Shown: piece after piece, positions 16,719-26,444 of the stretch
How positions within the stretch are numbered: position 1 is the first letter of the stretch
Layout of the letters: each line of letters opens with the position of its first letter
Assembly: GCA_028710695.1 (NCBI GenBank)
Contig: JAQTTP010000008.1
Span: 1 to 30,833 of the forward strand
Source: Candidatus Iainarchaeum sp.
GTDB lineage: Archaea > Iainarchaeota > Iainarchaeia > Iainarchaeales > 0-14-0-20-30-16
Reading direction: 5' to 3'
Length of the DNA stretch: 30,833 bases
Made by a program: the position numbers and the translations under genes
The notes under the pieces: generated by a model
Databases searched by the model: none
The model's input: only the letters and a program-made list of their open reading frames with translations
What the model was told of the DNA's origin: nothing

Positions 16719-19391
16719 TGCGTAATTAGTTGTGCTTTCTACTATTCCATTACTAACAGTTAGAACTTGTGCTTCTCCATAAGAGTTTGAAGTAAGAACT
16801 AAAAGCTTTCCATCTGCCCTTATTTCTAAATCAGAAGCATCTAAACCATTTGTAGGAATATTGTATTCAGTTCCGCTGTAAACATCTAGGATTAAAGCAT
16901 CACTACCATCTAATAAAGCATAGCCAACTTCTAAATCAGCAAGAGAATACCCTTCTGGTATAGGGAAAGTATATTCATTTGTTTTTGCTAAGCTAGAGTT
17001 TAGTTCCCATACTTTGAATTCTGTGTTATTTGTAAGAAGAACAGCAACCTTATCAGTATGGTTGGTTACTAATCTTAATAGTTTCCAAGAACTATCTGGA
17101 AGAGCTATTGTTGTGCTTCCGATGTTCTGTGCTTTGTTGTTGAACTTTATTATAACTGCCTTGTTTTGTAAGTTTTGATATAGGATCAAAGGATTACTTC
17201 CAAGTAAGGACATGTAAACAGGGTATCTGTTAGTTGTTGAAAACAATGATTTAATTAGCTTGTTTCCACCATATGCATCTTGTCTATAAAGTCCTAAGCT
17301 TCCATTTGGGCCAGTCCATAATCCCCACCAAAGAGAAGGGATTTTTTGTTCAACATCTATTGAAAGGATATTATATGTCGGGTAATCAAAGAAACTTTGG
17401 TTTATTATTCCGTTTGAACCGTAGTCAAAACTTACAGACCATTTACCGCTATTTTTCCATACTACTCCGCTGTAATCTAATAAACTTGCTAAGAACTTTG
17501 CTTCCCATGAAGAAACAATTTTTACAATACATTCTGAACTCTCACAACCAAATTCACAAGTCTTTACTAAAATCTCATTCTTGTTGCTTTGGCAGCTTGA
17601 GTTGAATAGCCCTGGGTTTAAACAACCAAAGGAAGTTATCTCTTTGTAAACATTTCCGCTTTTACAATAATTTGCGCTTTCTGATGGTGCACCACAATCT
17701 AAATCTAGAGTACAGGAAGGCACAAAACAAGAACCCTCATAACAAGAGTTAGAGCAAGTTTCTTGTAAAACATTTTCTGTTTTTACAACACAATTTGCTA
17801 ATAGAGTTCCTGGATTTTCACAAGTTGGAATATCTTTTGTCTTTAAAACATTATTTTCTGAGCAAAAGTTGCTTGATGTCCAGCTCTCAGTTCCACAATC
17901 AGTATTTGAGAAACATTTTGGAACAACACAAGCACCAGCTTCACAGCCGTACTCACAATCTTCTACTAAGGTATCAACAAGATTATTTGAACAAGAGGAA
18001 GTCCATTTTCCGGCATCATTACAGGAAAACATTTGCTTTTTCTTGTAAACATCATTGTTTTGACAATAATTTTCTCCAACAAGAGCATCTGCCCCACAAT
18101 CTGTGTTTAGGAAGCAAGAAATTTTCTTACACTCTCCGCTAAAACACTCTTGGGTTGGAGAACAACTTTCCATTAAAATATTTCCTGTGTTTTTTGAACA
18201 AGATGAACTTGTTGTTCCAGGATTATTACATGTAAATGTTTCTTTTTGTTTGAATACATTATTTTCAGAACAGAAATTATTACCTATAAATGAATCTACT
18301 CCACAGTCAGTATTAGCAAAACAAGCTATATCTTTACATTGTGAAGATTCACATAATTGACTAGAAGAACACTGCTGAACTAAGTTAGTAACTGTTTCTT
18401 TTTTACAGTATGATGCAGTTGTTCCTGGATTAACACAGGTATTTACTAAGGTGTCTTTCTTCAAAGCATTAGTTGAACAATAATTTGCTGAATCTGTGTT
18501 TGTTCCACATTCTAGATTTGTAGAACAGGCAATCTGCTGTGGAAGTGGTGTAGAATTATTAATAAAGAAAGTCCAAATTGACTCATTCTTTGTTTTGTCA
18601 TAGTTGTGGCCCATTCCAGTTAAAGAAATTAATTGATTTGGGTGGCCTTTGTTTGTTAATTCTGTTTGTAATTTTTGATCCCATGAATAAGGAACTACTG
18701 AATCATCAGTAGAGTGTATCAAAAGTCCGGGAACTTTTAATGCTGCATTTGTTTTTGCATTAGTTGCAGCTATTGGGAAATAAAACATATTATAATAGTT
18801 TACTAATCCCCCTGAATGCCCTGCAAAAGCAGTAACCTTGCTTGGCAAACACATTGAGGCATAATAACTAAATAAAGCACCATATGAGTGGCCCATAAAG
18901 TAAACGTGATCTGCAGATACTTTGTAATCTGTACTTAATTTTGTTAGGATGTTGCTAACAAAATCTAAATCTTGGGAGTCACATTTGTTTGATGCTTGGA
19001 TATGACCTATGTCCCATCGAATATATTTTTGGTTTCCTGGGAAACCAGCTACATCATATTCGGGAATGTTTACCCATAAAAACGAAAAATTCTTTGGGGG
19101 TAAGTTCTTTAGTGAATCAGGGAAAACAGCAATAAAGCCCTTGCTATCAGCTAAGCCTTTTATATTGTAATAATCACTTGCTGCAAAAGTGGCATCGCTT
19201 CCCATTCCGTGGAACATATAAACCAGCGGATAGGTTTTTGTTGCGTCAAATCCTGTTGGCAAATAAACCAAATATGTTCTTTCAATACCCCTTATTGTTG
19301 TTTTCTGGGTTAAGAGACTTCCTGCAAAAGTAAAAGATGCAAGAATTAAAATTAAAAGAATTGTAATAACTATCTTTGAAAAGTTGTTCAC
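16707..19391 (-). CDS. Large secreted protein: N-terminal alpha/beta-hydrolase (PHB depolymerase/esterase-like), five Cys-rich repeats, C-terminal beta-rich region
   Basis: Signal peptide; RTYLVYLPTGFDATKTYPLVYMFHGMG, GHSYG nucleophile elbow, STDDSVVP, GMGHNYD; five CxxxxDCG/ECG-started Cys-rich units; C-terminus with propeller-like repeats. Confidence 0.85.
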   Translation of the reverse strand: MNNFSKIVITILLILILASFTFAGSLLTQKTTIRGIERTYLVYLPTGFDATKTYPLVYMFHGMGSDATFAASDYYNIKGLADSKGFIAVFPDSLKNLPPKNFSFLWVNIPEYDVAGFPGNQKYIRWDIGHIQASNKCDSQDLDFVSNILTKLSTDYKVSADHVYFMGHSYGALFSYYASMCLPSKVTAFAGHSGGLVNYYNMFYFPIAATNAKTNAALKVPGLLIHSTDDSVVPYSWDQKLQTELTNKGHPNQLISLTGMGHNYDKTKNESIWTFFINNSTPLPQQIACSTNLECGTNTDSANYCSTNALKKDTLVNTCVNPGTTASYCKKETVTNLVQQCSSSQLCESSQCKDIACFANTDCGVDSFIGNNFCSENNVFKQKETFTCNNPGTTSSSCSKNTGNILMESCSPTQECFSGECKKISCFLNTDCGADALVGENYCQNNDVYKKKQMFSCNDAGKWTSSCSNNLVDTLVEDCEYGCEAGACVVPKCFSNTDCGTESWTSSNFCSENNVLKTKDIPTCENPGTLLANCVVKTENVLQETCSNSCYEGSCFVPSCTLDLDCGAPSESANYCKSGNVYKEITSFGCLNPGLFNSSCQSNKNEILVKTCEFGCESSECIVKIVSSWEAKFLASLLDYSGVVWKNSGKWSVSFDYGSNGIINQSFFDYPTYNILSIDVEQKIPSLWWGLWTGPNGSLGLYRQDAYGGNKLIKSLFSTTNRYPVYMSLLGSNPLILYQNLQNKAVIIKFNNKAQNIGSTTIALPDSSWKLLRLVTNHTDKVAVLLTNNTEFKVWELNSSLAKTNEYTFPIPEGYSLADLEVGYALLDGSDALILDVYSGTEYNIPTNGLDASDLEIRADGKLLVLTSNSYGEAQVLTVSNGIVESTTNYAAPN
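17510..18560 (-). repeat. Coding region of five Cys-rich repeats (about 60-70 aa each)
   Basis: Units begin IACSTNLECG, IACFANTDCG, ISCFLNTDCG, PKCFSNTDCG, PSCTLDLDCG with shared NYCS/NFCSENNV...CNNPGT...SC spacing. Boundaries approximate. Confidence 0.8.
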
Positions 19392-19480
19392 TATAAATCA
19401 CCCCAATAGTAGATAAATAACTATTACCAAATATATATATCTTACTCAATTATTCTTTATTTTTCTCTTTCTAAAAGGGT

Positions 19481-20584
19481 TTACTTTGCTGTTTTACAAT
19501 TTAACTGTGGCCCTTTTGTGAGTAATGGAACTCCCAAAGGTGTTTCTTGACAACCTAACTCTAATTCTGTTGTGCAATTTTCTTTTTGTGGCAAAACAAA
19601 CACTCTAAATGGGAATTGGGTTGCCATTGCAGCACCCCCAATGGGTATCGGGGTTTCTGGAATAATACAACTATATGCCAGTCCATCTATTGCATACCAT
19701 TGATTTCCTATTTGTAATGCTGTATAATAATGGCCCGCAGAATATGCAAAGAAATCTTCTATAGTTGTTAGTCCCATTCCAGTCATTTTTGTTTTTATCT
19801 TTTCAATATTTGGAACTTTTTTTGTAATTCCGTTTTCGTCAGTTTCAATTGAAAAATATTCTAATGGCCAATTGCCGGCCAAGTTTGCAACAATAAGCTT
19901 ATCTCTTGGTATTCCTAACCTTGTGAGTAAAGCATATGTTACAAATCCACCTTGTATGCAAGCAGCAAGGCAGATCTTACCAGTATCTTTGAATAGTTCT
20001 GCCTGGGTGCTCAAGTGATCTATGTTTTGTGAACTTGACTCTACATATTGCATTGATACTGGGCAATCTCCAGTTTCGGCATTGTTTTTATACCAATCAA
20101 ATAAGTTCTTCACAATAGCCCACATTTCTTGGTCCGTTAATTTTTTGTTAAAATTATGCCCATAATTTTTGTCAATGCTTTTTAGTAATGTATCAATTGT
20201 ATCGTTTTGTGTGTAAATATCTTCCAAAACATTTTCTGGTTTTTTTGAATCTTTAAAAGAAACGTTTTTTGTCAAGAATTTGGTGAATGGCTCTTTGTTT
20301 ATTTCAGAAATTTTTTTAAATATGCCTTCAGTTTTGTTAAGAATATAGTAATAGCTTCCATTCGTTAATTTTATTTTTTTGTATTGCACTTTTCCAATCC
20401 TGTCTGATTCTAATTCCAAATATTCTTGAGCATCCTCAAATTTAATGTCATTCAAATCTATTGTGTTTTTTATATTGGGATCTTTTTGTGTATTTGTGTC
20501 TTCTGTACTAGTTATGTCTGAAGTACAGCCACTAAACAAGAAAATTACGAAAATGAGTAATAAAAACAAAAATATTTTTTTCAT
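19481..20584 (-). CDS. Putative lipoprotein with transglutaminase-like (Cys-His-Asp) domain
   Basis: Lipobox-like FLFSGCTSD; candidate Cys in ICLAACIQGGFVTYALLTRLGIPRDK, His in AGHYYTALQIG, Asp in NQWYAIDG. Confidence 0.65.
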   Translation of the reverse strand: MKKIFLFLLLIFVIFLFSGCTSDITSTEDTNTQKDPNIKNTIDLNDIKFEDAQEYLELESDRIGKVQYKKIKLTNGSYYYILNKTEGIFKKISEINKEPFTKFLTKNVSFKDSKKPENVLEDIYTQNDTIDTLLKSIDKNYGHNFNKKLTDQEMWAIVKNLFDWYKNNAETGDCPVSMQYVESSSQNIDHLSTQAELFKDTGKICLAACIQGGFVTYALLTRLGIPRDKLIVANLAGNWPLEYFSIETDENGITKKVPNIEKIKTKMTGMGLTTIEDFFAYSAGHYYTALQIGNQWYAIDGLAYSCIIPETPIPIGGAAMATQFPFRVFVLPQKENCTTELELGCQETPLGVPLLTKGPQLNCKTAK

Positions 20585-20621
20585 AATAAAAAAAAGGAAG
20601 ATAAGAATAAATTCTTATCAG

Positions 20622-21905
20622 TTATGGGTAAAATCTATTTGGAGTTCTGGGGAATGCAATTGCATCTTTAATGTTCTCTAATCCGCAGATCCATCTTACT
20701 ACTCTTTCTAGGCCCATTCCGAATCCAGAGTGAGGAACACTTCCATATTTTCTTGTGTCTAAGTAGAATCCATAGTTCTTTGGATCTTCGCCCATCTCCT
20801 TTAATCTTTTCTTAATTGAATCTATGTTGGACTCTCTTTCAGAACCACCAACAATCTCCCCAATCCCTTCTGGAGCCAGGAAATCCGAACCTAAAACAAC
20901 ATCTTTGTTTTTGTCATCTTCTTTCATATAGAAAGCTTTTACTTTTTTTGGATAATGAGTCACTATAACCGGGACATCATACAAGCTCATAAGTTTCTCT
21001 TCTTCTACAGTTCGTAGATCTTTTCCCCATTCTATGTCCATTTTACATTTATCTTTTAGAATTTTTAGTGCCTCAGTATAAGTAATCTGTGGGAACTTTT
21101 TCTTTACTGTTGGTTCTAGCTTTTTTGGATCTCTCCCAAGAACTTCAAGTTCTTTTCTGTTTTTATCAAGAACTGCTTTTACACAGGCCTTAATCAAACC
21201 TTCACCAACTTCTAGCATATCTTCAAACTTCATCCAAGCCATCTCTGCTTCAATCATCCAGAATTCGGTTAGATGTCGTGAAGTAATAGATTTCTCTGCT
21301 CTAAATGTTGGAGAAACTGTGTAAATTTTTTCCATAGAAAATATTCCTGCTTCTGCAGGTAATTGCCATGTCTGAGTAAGATACATTTTTTTATCAAAAT
21401 ACTTAACTTCAAAAAGTTCACTTCCACCTTCACATTGAGTGGACTGGAATATTGGGCTTTGAAACTCATTAAAGCCCTGGCCTCTAAAATATTCATGGAT
21501 TGCACCAGTAACTGTGCTTCTGATTTTTAAAATTGCATTCATTTTTCTGCTTCTCAGCCATAAATGCCTGTTATCTGCTAAGAATTCTGTAGAAAAGTCT
21601 TTTTGAATAGGGAAATCTTCTCCAATATCAACAACATCAAGCTTAGTTGCCTGGATTTCATAGCCGTTTGGGGCTTTTTCTGATTTAATTAATTTTCCTT
21701 TAACTATAAGTGCTGATTCCATCTTAAGTTTTTCAGCATCATTAAAAGAGGAGGCATTATTGCTAAAAACCACTTGGATAATATCATCTGTATCACGAAC
21801 TACTGCAAAGACTTTGTCTTTCATCTTTCTTATTCTGTGAACCCATCCTTTGATTTCAACTTCCTTTCCTTCTTTGTGTTCTTCTAAAACTTTTGCTATA
21901 TACAC
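20622..21905 (-). CDS. asnS: Asparaginyl-tRNA synthetase (archaeal type)
   Basis: QSTQCEGGSELFEVKYFDKKMYLTQTWQLPAEA, TFRAEKSITSRHLTEFWMIEAEMA, PHSGFGMGLERVVRWICGLENIKDAIAFPRTPNRFYP class II motifs 2 and 3 of AsnRS. Confidence 0.95.
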   Translation of the reverse strand: MYIAKVLEEHKEGKEVEIKGWVHRIRKMKDKVFAVVRDTDDIIQVVFSNNASSFNDAEKLKMESALIVKGKLIKSEKAPNGYEIQATKLDVVDIGEDFPIQKDFSTEFLADNRHLWLRSRKMNAILKIRSTVTGAIHEYFRGQGFNEFQSPIFQSTQCEGGSELFEVKYFDKKMYLTQTWQLPAEAGIFSMEKIYTVSPTFRAEKSITSRHLTEFWMIEAEMAWMKFEDMLEVGEGLIKACVKAVLDKNRKELEVLGRDPKKLEPTVKKKFPQITYTEALKILKDKCKMDIEWGKDLRTVEEEKLMSLYDVPVIVTHYPKKVKAFYMKEDDKNKDVVLGSDFLAPEGIGEIVGGSERESNIDSIKKRLKEMGEDPKNYGFYLDTRKYGSVPHSGFGMGLERVVRWICGLENIKDAIAFPRTPNRFYP

Positions 21906-21986
21906 AATACCACCTCTTCTATATACAATAAATATATAATATTTTTAAATGATGCTAATTATGATTATATAGTTTGGGGTATTGAT

Positions 21987-22463
21987 ATGCCATTTCCTGC
22001 ATTACATGTTTTATTTAATATTGGTGCTTTCTATCCTTTCAGAAAATATTTTGGAAAGTACTGGCTTGTATTTGCTGGACTTTCTGGATTAGTAATGGAT
22101 TTAGATTTTGCATTACAATTTATTCTTGGGCCGGATTCATTTTTTGCACATGGGTATTTCTTCCATACAATTGGGTTTGTGCTGTGTTTATTAGCAATTT
22201 CTTTGGTTGTGTTTTTGAAAAACAAAGAATATGGAAAATATGGACTTATTATTGCAGGCGGAGCATTGTTACACTTACTTTTAGATTATATCCTTGGGGG
22301 CGGAAAATATTATTTGGCATTATTCTACCCCTTCTATTCTGGCGGATTCCACTTACACCTTTTGATGTCTTTTAAAGAAAACGACATTTTTGGAATTCTG
22401 GATGCAATAGCAATATTTATTTCTTTGGGTGTTTATTTTATAATCTTAAAAACTAGGAAATAG
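21987..22463 (+). CDS. Small multi-TM protein, DUF457/YdjM-like membrane-bound metal-dependent hydrolase
   Basis: HVLFNIG, LSGLVMDLDFAL, HGYFFHTIGF, HLLLDYILGGGKYY: His/Asp-rich motifs in membrane segments. Confidence 0.65.
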   Translation: MPFPALHVLFNIGAFYPFRKYFGKYWLVFAGLSGLVMDLDFALQFILGPDSFFAHGYFFHTIGFVLCLLAISLVVFLKNKEYGKYGLIIAGGALLHLLLDYILGGGKYYLALFYPFYSGGFHLHLLMSFKENDIFGILDAIAIFISLGVYFIILKTRK

Positions 22464-22470
22464 GGGTTGC

Positions 22471-24669
22471 ATGAACAAATATTTTATTGTAATTATTTTT
22501 TGTGTTCTTTTTGCTGCTTGCTCATACTCTTATACCTGGTCATTAACCCAAGTTGAGGCAATTGGAACTGGGACTGCAGGGTATCCTTATCTATTAAAAA
22601 TGGATGTAACGTCTGATGGTATTCCAAATCTAATTTATAGAAATAATTCAGGTTCTAATTTAAGACACGCATACTATTCGAGTGGAAGTTGGACTATAGC
22701 GAATATTGGGGCTTATAACCCACAATATATTTGGGCCTGTATGGACCCAAGTGACAATTTGCATGTTTCTTATTATGACCTTACAAGTGCAAACAGGGAT
22801 ATGAGGTATCTAAAATGGACTGATGCAACATCTTCGTGGCAAGCAAGCCCAACCATTGTGGATCAAAGCCACACAGTTATTGGACAATACAGCTCAATAG
22901 CCTCAGATAGCAGTGGAAACTTAGGGCTGGCTTATTTGGATTATTACAGTACCTCCGCCGTAGATGACTTGTATTATGCTTACTATAATGGCTCTTGGGC
23001 CACAACTGGAATTGATGTAAATGCCTCTGAAAAGGATGGATATAACACGGCAATTGTTTTTGATAGCTCTGGGTTTGCCCATATAGTTTATTGTGATAAC
23101 ACAAATTATGATTTGAAATATGCAACAAATAGTTCTGGATCTTGGGTGATATCAAGGGTTGACACAAGCGATGTTTGTTGGGGTAATGGTGTGGGTTTAG
23201 CAATAGATACTTCCGATAATCTTTATGCTTGTTATTGGGATAGGGGGGGCAATTTTACTCAAGACCTGAAGTTTGCATATTATAATGGAAGTTGGAGTAC
23301 CGAGACTGCAGCATCTACTGACGTTGTTGGAAAATACTGTTCAATAGACGTAAACTCAAGTGGCGTACCGCACATATCACATTTTAACGACACTGATAAC
23401 ACTTTAGAAATGGCATACAAAGTTGAATCTACTTGGTATACAGAGGTAGTAGACACTAATTCAAATTCTGGAATATATGGTACTAGTCTTAAAATAGATG
23501 CAGATAATAATGTGCACATTGGATATTTAATAAACCCTGGAACAAGTGGATTTGTGGGGTATGCTTTTGCTGCGGGACCTGTAGTGCCTGTAGCAAGCTA
23601 TTTTGATGTAAATTATACCACTCCTACTTCTGGCAACTATAATACTGAGGTCCAAGATGTTGAATTTTATAGCACTACTTCCGATCCGTCTACTGGCCTA
23701 AATCTAAAAATTTATGTTTCTAGCAGCCAAGGCGGATTTGAAACAGAATTAGTGGATTTAAATGTATTAGATTATGCGAATATATCTGGAATGTCTTGTG
23801 TAGATTCGAACTTCCAAGATTCAACAAGATGTGTTTATGATTTGAATGTGGTGGGCGTAACTGATGGAAATTATTATATTGACTTAAACTTGTATAATAC
23901 AACAACATCTAGTACTGATTCAAGTACGGGGACTTTAAGAATTGATCATACCGCACCAACTATTTCATCCGTAAGTATGAATTCTGAGAGTCAACTAACC
24001 GGAAGTAATTATGCTTTAACTGCAACAATATCTGACGCGGGATCTGGGCTTGACGGGAACGAAATTTATATTTGTTGGAGCCCAAGTTCAAGTGAAGTAG
24101 CATGTACTTCTGGAAGTTGGGATTGTCATTTAGGAGATATGGTAAACACAGCGGGAAATAGTTATAGCGCGACTATTTCAGCAAGTGTAAAAGATACATC
24201 CGGAGTTTGGAATTGTAAAATTTATGCAACAGATGTTTTGGGATTATCAAATAGTGGAACAGATACTGAAACAATGCAAACTACTACTGGAATTACTGTG
24301 GACGCTGCGTCAGCAATCTATTCTGGAAATCCCAACACTACTGAGAATGATATTCTAACAGATCAGGCCCACAATTATTTAGTGGTTACACATAATGGAA
24401 ATTCATCAATAAATGTTGATGTTAACGGAAACCCGTTTACATCTGGGGGAAATATTATTACTCCAAATCTTCAAAAATTTAAAAATAGTGATGATTACGG
24501 CTCTGCAGTATCTATGACTGGTTCATCTCAAAGACTTATAACTACTTGGGGGTCAGGGAGCTACCCTACAAGTGATAATTTTAGTATGTGGTTTTGGCTA
24601 GATATTCCTGTTGGGGCATATCACGGAGATTATAGTAGTTCTATAGTTTTTACAAGTGAGGGGTCTTAG
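22471..24669 (+). CDS. Large secreted/surface protein with propeller-like repeats, Ig-like domain and C-terminal shared domain
   Basis: Signal peptide; recurring LYYAYYNGSWATT..., LKFAYYNGSWSTE..., ...IDADNNVHIGY units of about 50 aa; Ig-like PTISSVSMNSESQLTGSNYALTATISDAGSGLDGNEIYICW. Confidence 0.8.
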   Translation: MNKYFIVIIFCVLFAACSYSYTWSLTQVEAIGTGTAGYPYLLKMDVTSDGIPNLIYRNNSGSNLRHAYYSSGSWTIANIGAYNPQYIWACMDPSDNLHVSYYDLTSANRDMRYLKWTDATSSWQASPTIVDQSHTVIGQYSSIASDSSGNLGLAYLDYYSTSAVDDLYYAYYNGSWATTGIDVNASEKDGYNTAIVFDSSGFAHIVYCDNTNYDLKYATNSSGSWVISRVDTSDVCWGNGVGLAIDTSDNLYACYWDRGGNFTQDLKFAYYNGSWSTETAASTDVVGKYCSIDVNSSGVPHISHFNDTDNTLEMAYKVESTWYTEVVDTNSNSGIYGTSLKIDADNNVHIGYLINPGTSGFVGYAFAAGPVVPVASYFDVNYTTPTSGNYNTEVQDVEFYSTTSDPSTGLNLKIYVSSSQGGFETELVDLNVLDYANISGMSCVDSNFQDSTRCVYDLNVVGVTDGNYYIDLNLYNTTTSSTDSSTGTLRIDHTAPTISSVSMNSESQLTGSNYALTATISDAGSGLDGNEIYICWSPSSSEVACTSGSWDCHLGDMVNTAGNSYSATISASVKDTSGVWNCKIYATDVLGLSNSGTDTETMQTTTGITVDAASAIYSGNPNTTENDILTDQAHNYLVVTHNGNSSINVDVNGNPFTSGGNIITPNLQKFKNSDDYGSAVSMTGSSQRLITTWGSGSYPTSDNFSMWFWLDIPVGAYHGDYSSSIVFTSEGS

Positions 24670-24768
24670 TGATTTTTTGCTTGTGAAGATGCAAGGGTTT
24701 ATAAATTATGTTTGTGTTTTATATATACAAATCTTATCACATTTGGATTCAAGGGAGATTGATTGTTT

Positions 24769-25728
24769 ATGATTTCAAATAAAGGCTTTTTGAGAATAGG
24801 AAAATTCTTTTTAATATTTATTTTCGCGGGGCTGTTTATTTTTTTGTTAAATTTTTCTAGTTCTGCTGATGTATCTGTAACTGCAACAGTTGGTAATGCA
24901 AGCCCAATATTGCAAGATGTGAATATTTGTTCAACTAGTTGTGAAAAATATAAAGCACTTGCCCCTGGGACAGCATTCACAGTTCAAGTTATAGCAGGGG
25001 ACCCAAATGGATTAAGTGATATAAATTGGGGTGCAACAGAAATAGAAATCTATACTGTGGCAGATACAAACGCAAGTTCAGCAAGTTGGGATCATGTGAT
25101 TTTGTCAATGGCAGATGGAACCTTGACTCAAACAGATTCTGCAGATGGTTGTACTGCGGAAATAGCTATTACGGATACAAACTGTTTTACTATAGAAGCA
25201 GGGGATTGGACAGTAAAATTTTTAGAGGCTGGGGCAGAAATTTATGTTAAAATTTATGATAAATATGCAGTTCCGGCATCAAGTGATTTAGAAATTGCTT
25301 ATGTTGCGGATACTCTTGGAATCTTAGTTTCTGGAACAACAGGTATGTCATTAGATACGACTGCCGGGACTTTTTCAGGGAGCGCAAATACAACAAATAA
25401 TGCCTTTGACTCTGGACAAACAGTTAATGCTTATATAATTGCTACACATAGCGGAAACCAGAATTTAGAATTAAAAATGGATGCAAGTAGTTTAACTAGT
25501 GGTGGTAACACAATTGCTGATGGCAATATAAGTTGGTATTTAAGTAATGATGCAGTAAGTTCAACACCATTTACTGGTGCAGCAGATACTATCCATACTG
25601 CTTGGGGACGAGGAACAAGTCCAACATCAAGTACAGATAATGTTTATACTTGGTTAGATATTCCTATAAGCACACCTACCGGGGATTATACGGGAACTTT
25701 CTCAGTAACTACTGAAGCATCATCATAA
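24769..25728 (+). CDS. Secreted/surface protein, C-terminal domain paralogous to that of upstream gene
   Basis: N-terminal hydrophobic segment and ADVSVTATVGNASPILQDVNIC; C-terminus ANTTNNAFDSGQTVNAYIIATHSGNQNLELKMDASSLTSGGNTI...WLDIPISTPTGDYTGTF. ATG 24769 preferred over TTG 24763. Confidence 0.78.
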   Translation: MISNKGFLRIGKFFLIFIFAGLFIFLLNFSSSADVSVTATVGNASPILQDVNICSTSCEKYKALAPGTAFTVQVIAGDPNGLSDINWGATEIEIYTVADTNASSASWDHVILSMADGTLTQTDSADGCTAEIAITDTNCFTIEAGDWTVKFLEAGAEIYVKIYDKYAVPASSDLEIAYVADTLGILVSGTTGMSLDTTAGTFSGSANTTNNAFDSGQTVNAYIIATHSGNQNLELKMDASSLTSGGNTIADGNISWYLSNDAVSSTPFTGAADTIHTAWGRGTSPTSSTDNVYTWLDIPISTPTGDYTGTFSVTTEASS

Positions 25729-25764
25729 AAACTTTATCTTCCTTTATTTATTTGAGTGAAAGGT

Positions 25765-26412
25765 ATGAATTGTATGAAAGGAAGTATTTATTTTCTGATT
25801 AGTGTCTTTATCTTATCCTCTTTATCCCTTAGTATTTCCTGCCTTGCTCTTGCGGGCGGGTACGATTTAAATGCAATAAAAGGCCAAGAATATTACTTTG
25901 ATTTTACAGTATACAATAATGATGCGGATTCAGCAACTGTTTGTGATCCTGGAATGTATTCTATGTCTTTAAGTGTTGTGGATGGAGATATTGACGACTT
26001 ATTTGACTATAAAATTTCTGAAAATGATTTGGTTTTAAATGACACAGACACAAAAAAGGTAATGGTTTCTATTACCCCCCTTGTAGACTCCGGACAGTAT
26101 GAAATTTTAGTGACTGTTAAAAGGGCTGATGTTGGTTTGGGGCAGGGTGGAACAAAAATATTTAACTCTACTGTGGGCAAGATAAAGGTAAATTTAGGCG
26201 GAGAAACAAAGAAAACATCATATGATGAGGTTCCTGAATGGTATGCCTATGAACAACAGCAAGAAGATCTAAATGCGGATCAAAATGCCCCTTTAGCAAA
26301 TAATCCTGAAAACAATAGCTCAAGTGATGGTAATACTTTGTTATATGTATTAGTAATAATTATGGCGGCAGTAATACTGTTTATGGCATTTATTTTGTAC
26401 AAAAGACGGTAA
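25765..26412 (+). CDS. Secreted protein with beta-rich ectodomain and C-terminal TM anchor
   Basis: Signal peptide; YYFDFTVYNNDADSATVCDPGMYSM...; C-terminal LLYVLVIIMAAVILFMAFILYKRR. Start ambiguous (GTG 25756, ATG 25765, ATG 25774). Confidence 0.75.
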   Translation: MNCMKGSIYFLISVFILSSLSLSISCLALAGGYDLNAIKGQEYYFDFTVYNNDADSATVCDPGMYSMSLSVVDGDIDDLFDYKISENDLVLNDTDTKKVMVSITPLVDSGQYEILVTVKRADVGLGQGGTKIFNSTVGKIKVNLGGETKKTSYDEVPEWYAYEQQQEDLNADQNAPLANNPENNSSSDGNTLLYVLVIIMAAVILFMAFILYKRR

Positions 26413-26444
26413 CCTTTATTAATCACAAAAAAACAATTGTATAA

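Noticed and set aside
17273-18360. Plus-strand ORFs of 110, 115 and 85 aa inside the secreted esterase gene
   Set aside because: Antisense to a well-supported repeat-rich CDS; His/Leu/Ser-rich composition reflects the opposite strand.
17510-18560. Repeated DNA region considered as a CRISPR or satellite array
   Set aside because: Repeats are diverged, in frame and encode Cys-rich protein units; there are no identical short repeats with unique spacers.
2442-19391. Idea that the phasin-like protein and PHB-depolymerase-like domain indicate a polyhydroxyalkanoate system
   Set aside because: No PhaC/PhaE synthase, PhaA or PhaB is visible. The hydrolase is secreted while the phasin-like protein is cytosolic, and the genes are about 13 kb apart. 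The family names alone are not evidence.
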